A DNA stretch of 46,595 nt from Octopus bimaculoides (Eukaryota). Shown here piece by piece: positions 1-11,069 of this stretch. The notes beneath the pieces are model-generated. The model ran no database searches, had not been told where the DNA came from, and was given only the letters and a program-made list of their open reading frames with translations. The position numbers and the translations under genes are program-made. The stretch covers positions 47,225,938 through 47,272,532 of the forward strand of contig NC_068987.1 in NCBI RefSeq assembly GCF_001194135.2, written 5' to 3'. Numbering within the stretch: position 1 is the first letter of the stretch; each line of letters begins with the position of its first letter.

Positions 1-20
1 TAAAAGTTAAAAACCTTATA

Positions 21-72
21 ATATATATATATATATATATAGTTAGATAGATAGATAGAGATAGATAGATAA

Positions 73-117
<45 letters not shown>

Positions 118-194
118 GACAGAGAAACAGATAGATAGAGATAGAGAGATAAACAGACATACAGACAGACAGACAGACAGAAAGATAGATAGAT

Positions 195-239
<45 letters not shown>

Positions 240-240
240 T
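21..240. repeat. Compound microsatellite (TA)n/(GATA)n/(AG)n/(GACA)n
   Basis: Directly visible tandem di- and tetranucleotide runs. Confidence 0.95.
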
Positions 241-675
241 AGGTGCAGGCATGGGTGTGTGGTAAGAAGTTTGCTTCCCAACTACATACTTTCGGGTTTT
301 GTCCCACTGCGTGGTACCTTGGACAAGTGTCTTCTAGTATAGTCTAGGGCTGACCAAAGCCTTATGAGTAGATTTGATAGACGGAGATTCAAAGAAGCCT
401 GTCGTATACATATATGTGCGCGCGCGTGTGTCTGTGTGCATATGTCTTTGTGTGCGTGTGTCTTTGCTTGTTGCCCGCTACCGCTCGACAACTGGTGTTG
501 GTGTGTTTACGTCTCCGTAAATTAGCGATTTGGCAAAAGAGACCGATAGATTAAGTATCAGACTTTAAAAAAAACAAAAAAAAACAAGTACTGGGGTCGA
601 TTCATCTGACTAAAAATTCTTCAAGGCGGTGCTCCAGTACGGCCACATTCTATTGACTGAAATAAGAAAAAGATA
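241..675 (+). mobile_element. tRNA-derived SINE, family A (octopus OR/CORE-type), full length
   Basis: tRNA-like head, ccttggacaagtgtcttc core, central TG-rich tract, 3' module (gacaactggtgttggtgtgtttacg...gactgaaataag); repeated many times in the window. Confidence 0.85.
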
Positions 676-696
676 AATAATATACACATAGTCACC

Positions 697-765
697 TAAT
701 ACATTACGACAGAACTCACCGGATCAACTAATACATTACAACAGAACTCCCCGATTCAACTCAGC
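697..765. repeat. Short tandem duplication (~33 bp unit)
   Basis: ctaatacattac(g/a)acagaactc(a/c)ccg occurs twice in tandem. Confidence 0.8.
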
Positions 766-1721
766 CGGAGCTGATCAGATTCCGACCTGTGTCCCACCAT
801 CAACAGCCAATGGATCAGCCTTCTTAATCCAGAACTACCAGTTGGCTTCATCTGCGGCCTCACTTACAGACTGAATGGTTGTATTCATTGTCACCACCCC
901 TATTAAGCCCTTAGAGTAGTTTTTAGTCATATATTCTTCGTTGGCTGCTTACAATGAGAAGTAGGTTGCATGTGTAGATAATGATCACACTCAAGTTTGA
1001 TTGAAATTTCAAATATTTTATTAACCCGCATCGTTGTATTTACAAATGTACATCCAATAAATGAATGGAACAACATTCAACAATCAACGGTGCAGAATAT
1101 TCTGTAATCTAACTCATTGGATAATATTATGAAAGTAGTGCAAAGAATTTAAATTACTGCATATAATTGATATGTGTTATATACACTACAACCTAAGGCT
1201 GGTGCCTTTTGTCAAGCATGTATATAGATATAGATATATATCAAACATGTTACATGAGAAAAGTAAAGGAAAATAAGGGAGATACCAAGTCGTTGCAACA
1301 AGTGACATGAATTCTATGAGATGGTTTAACGGCTATCTCGCCTGAAGTTGAATTTGACAGCTTTTATAGCCGTTAGCCTCTCTAGGATCTCCGACAAAAC
1401 TGTTTGGCGAGAAAACTCTATGTGTTACTTTGAAGTTTTGCATATGTCGGCTAGTGCTGATTGATTAAACCATATTCACGAGGGTATTAATGCCTTTTAT
1501 GGCGTTTCGTTTTATGGGGATACATTACTTTGTTGTTCTACACTGAGAAAATCTGAGAGCTATGGTTCAAATTTCTATCAGATTCTCACGATAAACCCAG
1601 TTGGTTGAGGACTTTGTAGAGTTAACGTTCTGCAGATCCTCTACAGTCTACCTGGTTTAGTGTCTTTCATTCTTTATCCTCGCACTTCTTCGACAGTTCC
1701 TGGCACTTCGCATATTCACCT

Positions 1722-1913
1722 CCCGCTTGACAACCGGTGCTACTTTGTTTACGTCCTATAGACATAGTGGTTTGGCATTTTACACCAATAGAATAAGTAC
1801 CAGACTTTAAAAAACAATAATAAATACTGGGGTTAATTTGTTCGACCAGATTCTTTAAGGATTCCCAGCATGGCCGCAATCCAATGACTGACACAAGTAA
1901 ATGATAAAAGATA
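1722..1913 (+). mobile_element. SINE family A, 3' half
   Basis: cgcttgacaaccggtgc...atagaataagtaccag...cccagcatggccgca...gactgacacaagtaa matches the 3' module of 241-675 and 4139-4492. Confidence 0.8.
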
Positions 1914-2089
1914 TTACATGAAAGAAAATAAGAGAAAGTGTGGTGAACGAAAGAAGTAAAATAGAGAGATAGGAGATAAGAAAAACTGGAGAGCAGGTAA
2001 GAGAGAAAACTACAATAGATTTTGTATTGTTATACTTGGGGATGGTCATATTTTGCTAAATAAACACACGCACTTGGTCTTCACTTTAG

Positions 2090-2123
<34 letters not shown>

Positions 2124-3073
2124 TTAACGTAGACCGAGAAAGGGTGCTTGGCACCTCGAGTGCTGTCAAGCTCTCACCGCCCTCCGCCAAGCGGGCAATG
2201 CGATCGGTAGTAGCGTTTTATAGAGGGTTAGTGCAAGAAAAGTGCGACGACGTTCTCGGGGAAACTCTAGACGTCGACGATAATCAGCTAAACAGTCTGT
2301 TCGGAAGAACTTTCGGGTTGGAGCCCATGGATAACTTCCAAAGGTCCCTCGGCTGGCAGTGCTAGTGAGGGGCGCTGCCTGTTCGAGATAAACTCTAACC
2401 GGCACTGAAGTGCCGTCAACCGGGCCTGCCCGAGTTGTGCTCAGAGCGACGAAACTGTTCTGCACGCATTCGTCCAGTGCCCGAGTATTGCTGACCTTAT
2501 GGGTTTATGTCGAACAGCTACTGTCGCATGTAGGGCGGATCCGGCTATCAGCTGAATCCACAGTGAAGATTGCTTCGCCGACCTCCTTTAACCGGGAGGG
2601 CNNNNNNNNNNNNNNNNNNNNNNNNNNNNNNNNNNNNNNNNNNNNNNNNNNNNNNNNNNNNNNNNNNNNNNNNNNNNNNNNNNNNNNNNNNNNNNNNNNN
2701 NNNNNNNAGGAAGGTGAGAGTAGAGAGGGAAGTGCTGTCTCGTAGCAAATTTATTGAAAGGTGGGTGAATGTCGGTAAAATGGCCAGTATGAACCGACCA
2801 ATTCCGAGGTTACACCTGTAAAAAAAAAAGGTAATATAAAAGAAGGGGCTCTCTCCCCGTTTTGACCAGGCTCCCGTGGCTTTTATGGGTTTTTCCAGAG
2901 TAACCTTTCAAAGCGCTTCCCCCTATTGGGAGTTTTACTTGTTATATTTTTCGCTGTTATTTTAATGTTTACACGGACCATTCTTTTTCGTAAAACTCTG
3001 TACTTTTCGTCCTGTGTTTGTCCTTACATGTTTTTGATTTATATTAGCCTTTGTGGCCAGTAAAACCCGAATT
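2124..3073 (+). mobile_element. 5'-truncated Tx1/L1-clade LINE: decayed ORF2 C-terminus plus 3' UTR
   Basis: Manual translation gives WQC..GALPVRDKL then CPSCAQSDETVLHAFVQC (C-x2-C-x8-H-x4-C zf-RVT-type knuckle, 2427-2480), WVYVEQLL and EREVLSRSKFIERW after the gap; stops and frameshifts present; flanked by (ATT)n on both sides. Confidence 0.75.
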
Positions 3074-3074
3074 A

Positions 3075-3279
3075 ATTATTATTATTATTTTAGTGTCTTT
3101 GTCTAAGCTCTTTCGTCATACGTCCTGTGACGTCATCAGCGACTTTCTATCCCACGTGTCTCCTCTTGTTCTATTTATAAACAAATCAAGAGGGGACACG
3201 TGGGATAGAGAATCACTGATGTGGTCACAGGACGAGTGTAAAAGAACTTAGATATAGACACTAAAATAATAATAATAAA
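3075..3279. mobile_element. Palindromic MITE-like foldback element (~200 bp)
   Basis: Left arm ttagtgtctttgtctaag...ctatcccacgtgtctcctcttg is the reverse complement, with scattered mismatches, of right arm caagaggggacacgtgggatag...cttagatatagacactaa. Confidence 0.85.
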
Positions 3280-3682
3280 ACTGAAGTGAAGACCAAGTAT
3301 ATATAGTGCGGTGTTTATTTGGCAAAATAAATCATAGCCATGTATAACAATATCTGTTTCAACACACGATTTCACATCAGGAATCTTGCAAAACAAATAC
3401 ATAAACGTAACTACTATAGGTTTAATTGGAATAAAATGAGTTGAATTTCGTTGGTAGAAGCCCATTGTGAGCATAGTTAATACTGAGCTTCACGGTTCAC
3501 TAGTAAAAAGAGAAAAAAAGGAATTAATGCATGATTGACAATGAAAGTAAAAGGGAGACTATGTTAATAGTAACTTATACAAAGAGACGGTAATGCAAAG
3601 AGGAAACAAAAGAAAGGAAGAGGTTTTATGGAATTACACAGAAAGATGAACTGGAGGTGCGTTGCTTAAGAGTTTGGGTAAA

Positions 3683-3927
3683 GGTAAGGTTACCTTCTCG
3701 AGTCATGCTAACAGACAAGGGTCGGTTTCCCGGTTTCTATGGCGTATAAATTTCCCACCTGGACAGGACGCCGATCCGTTGCAGGATTACTCATTTTTGC
3801 GAGTTGAGTGAACTGAAGCAATGTGAAATGAAGTGTTTTGCTCAGGAACACAACGCGTCGCCTGGTCCAAACCACCATCTTACGATCATGAGTCCAACAC
3901 CCTAACCTCTAAGCCACGCGCCTCCAC
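3683..3927 (-). mobile_element. tRNA-derived SINE with Meta/V-SINE-like central domain
   Basis: Minus strand: ggaggcgcgtggcttagaggttagggtgttggactc head, then aaatgagtaatcctgcaacggatcggcgtcctgtccagg and catagaaaccggg. Confidence 0.7.
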
Positions 3928-3929
3928 AA

Positions 3930-4110
3930 CGGTTTGGGTGTTGGACTCATAATCGTATGATTGTGATTTCAATTCCAGTTTACTCAGCTGGCAAAAATGA
4001 GTATTCCTACAACGGTCCGGCATCCTGTCCAATATGTGTGTGTGAAGGGGGGGGGGATATCTACACCACAGAAACCGGTAAACCGGCCCTATGAGTTCTA
4101 CCTTCGAGAA
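3930..4110 (+). mobile_element. Internally deleted copy of the same Meta/V-type SINE
   Basis: gggtgttggactcataatcg...aaatgagtattcctacaacggtccggcatcctgtcc...cacagaaaccgg. Confidence 0.65.
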
Positions 4111-4138
4111 GGACGAGGTGTAGGGTTAAATAAAATAT

Positions 4139-4492
4139 ATAGGCGTGAGCGTGGTCGCATGGTTAAAAGCTTGCTTCCCAACAATGTGGCCCTGGGTTCA
4201 ATCCCACAGCGCAGCACTTGGGCAAGTGTCTTCTACTTTAGCCTCGGGCCGACCAAAGCCTTGCGTGTGTCCTTGTGTTGTATTTGTCCCCGTCACCGCT
4301 TGACAACTGGTGTTGGTGTGTCTATATCTCCGCAACTTAACGGTTCAGCAAAGAATAAAAAAGAAAAAAACCGATAGAATAAGTACCAAACTTTTTTAAA
4401 ATAAGTACTTACGTACTTATTTGACAAAATTCTTCAAAGTAGTGTCCCAGCATGGCCGCAGTCAAAAGGACTGAAACAAGTAAAAGATAAAA
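4139..4492 (+). mobile_element. SINE family A, full length
   Basis: Head, cttgggcaagtgtcttc core and 3' module all present. Confidence 0.85.
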
Positions 4493-4499
4493 TATGAAA

Positions 4500-5060
4500 G
4501 TAAAAGAGGGTATTGAAACAATATAAACAAGAGAAGAGAATGAATTCGAATAGTTCGTGTGTAAGAGTAGAATAGAGAGAGTAGATAAACTGATAGGGGG
4601 TAACTACAGATGTAAGACGAGGCGGAAAGAGAGATAAAGAGTAAATAGAGAGAAGAAATAGACTGTAAATACAGAGGAGAGAGAGATAAAGATTAAATAG
4701 AGAGGAGGAAAGAATTTGACTATTTACACAAGATAGGGGGAAAAGTAAGAGAAAATGGAAAAAGCAACAGATTATACAGTAGTGAGAGTATAAGCCAGAA
4801 GGCGGGTGTTCACGCTACTATATAGAAGTGATAGTATAGCAAAAAAGGGTAGTAGTCTGAGTAGATAAATGAAAGAGAAAATAATCTACACTGCGTCAGC
4901 TTTGAGGGGGAAAGTGGGGGAGTAATGAAAGTAAGTAGAAGAGATAGAGAGAGTGAGAAAAGAGAAGAGAGAAAAGTGAGAGAGAGTGAGAGAGGAGAGA
5001 CGATGAGAGAGAGAAGAAACAAACATAGAGAGGAGAAACAAAGACATACAGAGAGAGTTG
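4500..5060. repeat. Purine-rich (GA) low-complexity tract
   Basis: Strong A/G skew with degenerate AG repeats. Confidence 0.7.
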
Positions 5061-5421
5061 TATATGTGTATATATATATATGTGTGTATATTTATATATG
5101 TATATATGGTAATATGTACTCTGTAAGGTCGAGTTTAGCTTCTCACCTTATTTAGATCACTTAAAACGTACTGCGGATACACAAGGGGTGTGTGTATACA
5201 CTTGAATATCGCGACCGTAACAGTAACAACAATTGTTACTACTGCTGTGGCTACTTACTACTTTATAAGAGGTATTTCGTAATGTTTTCCTTTTTTCTTA
5301 ATTTATTTCCAGTAGACATTATGAAAACCAGTAACACACATACATACATACGTAACTGTGTCAAGTATGTATTTATCTCACACACACACATACACATATA
5401 TATATATAAAACTCCATATTT

Positions 5422-5452
<31 letters not shown>

Positions 5453-7139
5453 TCATGCATAATATTTTTCTTCATGTTACCGTTTTTATTACACATCATA
5501 CTCATAGGAGAGAGAGAGAGAGAGATGCAGTGTGTGCGTGTATACGTGCATGCATGTATGTAATCGTGTATGTGGGGTGTATGACTGACTATGCGCACGC
5601 GCGCGCGTCTCCGTGTCTGTGTGTGTGCATGCGTATGTGGGTGTGTGTGTAACGATGTGTGTGACTGCGTGTATTATAAATGTCAGACATAACCTTATCA
5701 TTTGGTTTATTACACACCCACACAGTATATACGTGTGAATGTGTGTGCGTGCGTGCGCGCGTGTATATATGAGTGTGTTTGCATTTATGTGTGGATATAT
5801 ATGTATATATGTGCGTGTGTGCGTAAAATTGTCACGTTTGCTCATAGCAAAGTGTTTGAAAAAGGAAATGTGTACATTTTACAGGAAGTCTAAATCTTTA
5901 TCACCCTGCTTCTGTTTCTCTCAATCTCTACTCAATTCACTTCCACCTATCTATTCCTCCCTCTCATTCTATCCCCTCTTCCTCCCCTCTCTCCATCCCT
6001 TCCTCCTTTCCCCATCCCCCTCTCTCTCGTGTCTTATACTTTACCTGTCTGTTTTCCCTTGTTTCTTTTTTAGTGTTTTGCCCTCCCCACTCTAAGTGTT
6101 TCTTTCCTCTTTATTACATGTGCATGTTTGTATATATATATATATATATATAGGTAAGTACGACCAGGGATCCCAGTGTAGGAATTTAGTAAGCTTCGAA
6201 CATGTTTGCAGTCAGTAAAGATGACAAAAGGTGGACAAAATACGATAAAACGAGTTTATTAACATTGTGAGTTACCTCGTCCCATATTGAAATCAAAAGA
6301 AATTTCGATAAGTTGAGTCACCACACAACTCACGGTCAAGCAAGTAGCTAAAAATTGGAATGTAATATATATAAACTTGAAAAACAACACAACATACTGG
6401 CGGTGGCACTACATAAAGTACAATGAAACTTGTTACTTTCAGTGGGACATCTGGTTTCGTCCTTAACTAGTTTAGTCGTTAAGGGATAAACTCCTATACA
6501 TATATGCACGCACACACATTTGAGTATACATATATACATACACATATATACACATAAAAAAATAGATAGATAGATAGATAGGTAGGTAGGTAGGTAGGTA
6601 GGTAGATAGATAGATAGATAGATAGGTAGGTGGATAGATAGATAAATAGATAGATAGATAGTTTGAGTAGAAAGCTTGAAGAACGCTGTGTAAGGCTCAA
6701 TCACAGACATTGGCTACCTGATGTCATCATACAGTGGAAATGTTCATGTTACTAGATTTACTTCAGGGATTCCACAGTGTACGTATAGTTTATATAGATA
6801 GATCAGAGACAGAAAATGGAATTTACGATATAATTTTTTTCAAAATCCCTAGAATTGTTTCGACTTATTCTTGCACCTGTATCACATAGGTGAGTTGCTG
6901 TGCATTCAGTTGTTAGCATCACAGGTGCAGGATGCACCTCATCAAGTGATTTTTTTTTAAAAGTAAATTTCTTGCTATATCTTCTCGCCAATTCATTTTT
7001 CCCTTAAAATATCGTATAGTTGGGTAGCTGTTGCGTTCCAGTAGTTCTCAGGCGAAACTGAGAGACAAGATACACTTACTTGCATTCAAAAAGTAAAAGA
7101 TACACAAGATACATTGACTAAACATAAATAAGATAAAGT

Positions 7140-7528
7140 ATAAGGCGTGGCTGTATAGTAAGAAGCTTGCTTCCCAATCACATGGTTCAGGGTTCAATCC
7201 CACTGCGTGGCACCTTGGGCGAGTGTCTTCTACTATAGCTTCGGACCGATCAAAGCCTTGTGAGTGTATTTGGTAGACGAAAACTGAAAGAACCCTGTTG
7301 TGTACACACACACGTGTGTGTGTGTGCCTTTGTGTCTGTTTGTCTTTCACCACCACTTGATAGTCGGTGCTGGTGTATTTGCGTTTCCGTATTCTAGCGG
7401 TTCGGCGAAAGAGAACGATAGAATAAGGATCGGGCTTAAAATAATTAGTACTGGGATCGATTCATTCGACCCCAAAATTCCCCAGCATGGACGCAGTCTC
7501 GTGATTGAAACAAGTATATATACTTGGA
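7140..7528 (+). mobile_element. SINE family A, full length
   Basis: aggcgtggctgtatagtaagaagcttgcttcccaatc...ccttgggcgagtgtcttc...gattgaaacaagta. Confidence 0.85.
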
Positions 7529-7716
7529 AAACGATGCATGGCGTCCTTCATATAATAATGTAAATATATAAATATATGCATATATACATACATATATGTA
7601 CATACCTACATATATATGTATATATACATGCATATATGATCTCCCTCTCTTGTTCTTCTTCCTTTCTGATTTTCTCTCCCACCCTTTCCCTATTCTTCTC
7701 CTCTCTCCTTTACCGT

Positions 7717-7776
<60 letters not shown>

Positions 7777-7829
7777 TCACTCTTCCTCCTTGACTCTCTC
7801 GTCGCTGACACGTAACGAAAGGCTATCTA

Positions 7830-8262
7830 TTTTCTTTCTTCCACTTCCTTCGTAAAGACAAGATGTGCTTTTATCTGTCTCTTCTCAAAGCTCGTCTTTC
7901 TAGCGTTCATAATTTTTCACGTCGTCTTGGCTTAACAGTCCTCACCGTTTGTTTTTACTGTCTTGTTCTCACTATCCTGTTTTTGTTACTATTTTCACCC
8001 TCCGCAAAAAATCCCAAATTTTATTTAATTTGCTTTGCGGAAAGGACTGTTTCAACGAAGTCGCGTATTGTCCTTACCTTCGAAACGCGGAGTAGATGAA
8101 ACAGGGACAACTGATGAAGGGAATGTTCTTTATGTTGTATGTCTCGGTTCTCTGTTTTTCGTTGTTCGAAAGAAGTTCGTTTTCTATGTTTTTGTTTTCA
8201 TGTTTTCGTTTCTCATTGTGTCCACGTTTTTTTTATGTCCTGTACCCATATATGCATGTATA
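7830..8262. mobile_element. Dispersed repeat carrying a hammerhead-like motif (probable Penelope-associated terminal region)
   Basis: Collinear similarity to 44430-44800 (cact(a/g)tcctgtttttgtt, aaatcccaaattttattt, gacaa(c/t)tgatgaaggg, tcctgtacccatatatgcat); the PLE link is inferred. Confidence 0.6.
8061..8124 (+). ncRNA. Candidate non-circularly permuted hammerhead ribozyme
   Basis: CGCGU-A-UUGUCCUU (stem III / site / stem I), CCUUC-GAAA-CGCG, AGGGACAA-CUGAUGA-AGGG; stem III and stem I partners are complementary. Confidence 0.6.
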
Positions 8263-8692
8263 TATACATATATATGTAGGCATGTACATATATGTATATA
8301 TGCATATATTTATATATTATTTATATTATATATATATGTATATATATATATATATATATATNNNNNNNNNNNNNNNNNNNNNNNNNNNNNNNNNNNNNNN
8401 NNNNNNNNNNNNNNNNNNNNNNNNNNNNNNNNNNNNNNNNNNNNNNNNNNNNNNNNNNNNNNNNNNNNNNNNNNNNNNNNNNNNNNNNNNNNNNNNNNNN
8501 NNNNNNNNNNNNNNNNNNNNNNNNNNNNNNNNNNNNNNNNNNNNNNNNNNNNNNNNNNNNNNNNNNNNNNNNNNNNNNNNNNNNNNNNNNNNNNNNNNNN
8601 NNNNNNNNNNNNNNNNNNNNNNNNNNNNNNNNNNNNNNGGGGTGTAGGCATATATAATTGTATTCGATAATCTATTTTCTTTCTATATTCGT

Positions 8693-8832
8693 GAAGGTCG
8701 TGAGGGCTTTGTGTTAGCGTGTGGTGTATGTAGGAGTACAATGTGTGTTCGTTATTCTGTTTTCTTTCTGTACTCATTAAGGTCGTGGGGGCTTTATGTT
8801 AGCGTGCGGTGTGTAGGGGTACAATGTGTGTG
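8693..8832. repeat. Imperfect tandem duplication (~85 bp period)
   Basis: aaggtcgtg(a/g)gggcttt(g/a)tgttagcgtg...tacaatgtgtgt occurs twice. Confidence 0.75.
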
Positions 8833-9029
8833 TGTGTAGGTGTATATATGGGGGTGGGTGGAAGACAGTCTATTTGATAGGTGTCCCCCTTGTTGGGGCG
8901 TGCGTGTATGTACGTGGGTGCGTTGGTGTATGCTCTGGTCAACCTCTTTGCGAGGCTCAAGGGTATTGGTGGAAGGTCGAAGTTGGGGGACTGGTGGTTG
9001 TAGTCATGGTGGGGCGCACATGTACGATA

Positions 9030-9420
9030 GGATGTACTTCCTTTCATGTGAGCAAGGATTAAACACTTCACTTCTGTTTTTCAGGTAAATATCCGGGCGT
9101 TGGGTACCCTTTAAAATCGCTCTCTTCTCAGCCAGGCATAACCTGCACTTCCAGCTGCTATTGGTGTACGGTTTACATTTCTCCAAGATCTTCCACTTTA
9201 TGTTGTACTCTGTGACGCTTTCTTTCAAAGCCCAAACGTGCTTGGCCAGGGTTGTGACGTTGCATCTCTCCAGGATGTTGAAGGAGGATTTGTGGTTGTT
9301 AAAGCGGGTTCTGAAAGAGCCTTCCGTTGCTCCACATACTTCCGCACGTTCGGTTGGGTCCTACGGCTGTTACCTCTGCTTCGTATACAACCGTCTCTGC
9401 GTAAACCTAGCTCTACCCCT
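9030..9420 (-). pseudogene. Penelope-like element GIY-YIG endonuclease fragment
   Basis: Minus strand with one frameshift: TVVYEAEVT..KYVGATEGSFRTRFNNHKSSF..TTLAKHVWALK..KWKILEKCKPY..CRLCLAEK..LKNRSEVFNPCSHERKY. Confidence 0.8.
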
Positions 9421-9467
9421 ACCCCTATTAGTTTTAAACGCACAAGTCTTGTGCCATACACACACAC

Positions 9468-9670
9468 ACGTATCTTTTTATCTTTTTACTTGTTTCAGTC
9501 ATTGGACTGCAGCCATGCTGGGACACAGCCATGAAAGGTTTAGACGAACAAATTGATCTCTGTACTTTTTGTCTGGTACTTATTCTATATGTCTACTGCC
9601 ATACCGCTAATGTACAGAGACGTGAACAAAACAACACCGGTTGTCATACGGTGATAGGGTCAAAGAAAAG
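9468..9670 (-). mobile_element. SINE family A, 3' half
   Basis: ttttacttgtttcagtcattggactgcagccatgctggg...caacaccggttgtca is the reverse complement of the 3' module. Confidence 0.8.
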
Positions 9671-9745
9671 CACAGTCGGAGGTAGGGTCAAATAAGCACA
9701 CCTTATTAGTATGAGCATTCCTACTGATGTGTACAACCCTCTGAC

Positions 9746-10325
9746 TTTGTTTCCTTATAACTTCTAGAAATGGATATTTTTTAATGAAAAGTTCTACAAA
9801 TATGCTTTAAATTATGTAGATTCTCATTATATAGGAATTTATTGTGAAAAAATATTTCCAAGAATGAGGTGAGGAGTTTCGGAAAATTTACACGAGACGG
9901 CTTTCTTTACACATAACTTTCAGAAAAATGGGTAATTTTTTAATAAAATTTTCTACAAATACCTTTCAGATGGTGTAGATTACGATTACATCGGAATTTA
10001 ATATCGAAAAAAATTGTGATGCGTGTCAGTGTGTATGTGTGTGTGCGCACACTATTTTACTTTTCACATCAAATTCCGATATAATCGTAATTTACACACT
10101 CTGAAAAGTATTTGTTGAAAATTTCATTAAAAAATTACTAATTTTTTAATGAAAGTTATGAGTAAAGAAAGCCATCACACATGAATTTTCTGAAACTCCT
10201 CACCTCACTCTCGGAAAAATTTCTTCAGCATATATTCTGATATGAGGATCTACACCACCTGAAGCATATTTGTATAAAATTTCATTTAAAAATATTCATT
10301 TTTCTGAAAGTTATGAGGAAACAAA
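9746..10325. mobile_element. Foldback element with ~270-bp imperfect arms built from ~156-bp sub-repeats
   Basis: 9746-10015 is the reverse complement of ~10062-10325 (tttgtttccttataactt / aagttatgaggaaacaaa); unit restarts at 9757 and 9913; TG-rich centre. Confidence 0.8.
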
Positions 10326-10929
10326 TACATTATAAAATATTATTTCTCGGAGTATAGGTGCTTGAAATGGTTATGCCTTCAGGTAATATCCTCTCTTATA
10401 GGGAATGTAAACTAGAAATCTTAAAAGAATATCAATAAGACGCCAAATTCTCATTTGACTCAAGCCCTTGTGATGTCAGATTTGACTGTATTATCTCTGT
10501 AGTTTGCAATGTCAAATAGATGCATTCTGTTGTCGATTTTTTGATATTTTTATGAAACCTAGACACTCACAGCTGAGCTGCAGAGTAGAAGCCACATTAT
10601 AATTATGTGCGATCAGAAAAACTTGGATTATATCATGTACTGAACACCAGTCAGGCAGACAGGCTCCTGTGTCTAACTCGACAGTTTTGAGACTAAGTAA
10701 AAATGAAGTAATATGGCTACACTAGATCCTCAGCTTTGCTTAGAACTATACCGTAATGCAGTCTCAGGAGTAAAGTCAAAAGAAAGAGTTAGTGCAAGGG
10801 CATGAGAGCGTCAACACCTGGATTTCAGTGAAATCTAGTTAACTAGAAATAAAAGAAAGAGAAATTAAGAGAAATTCTGGTGCTCTAATCCGTGGATTAA
10901 AGCTGCGGTCCTCAGCTTTATTTGCACCA

Positions 10930-11069
10930 TGGGCCGGTGTAAAGATTTCAAATTACCCTCCATTTCAAGCTACCTCCCGGTAATCTGAAATCGATTTCAG
11001 ATTAACGGGGAAGGAGATGTAACCTGAAACCGATTTCAAATTACTTCCGCGCTTTTCACATTACCCCAT
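10930..11069 (+). repeat. Left copy of an inverted ~140-bp repeat with internal palindromes
   Basis: Contains gtaatctgaaatcgatttcagatta and degenerate versions; inverted homologue at 13887-14034. Confidence 0.7.

Noticed and set aside
241-330. tRNA genes at SINE heads (also 4139, 7140, 25972, 27984)
   Set aside because: Each continues into SINE body sequence and lacks a full cloverleaf.
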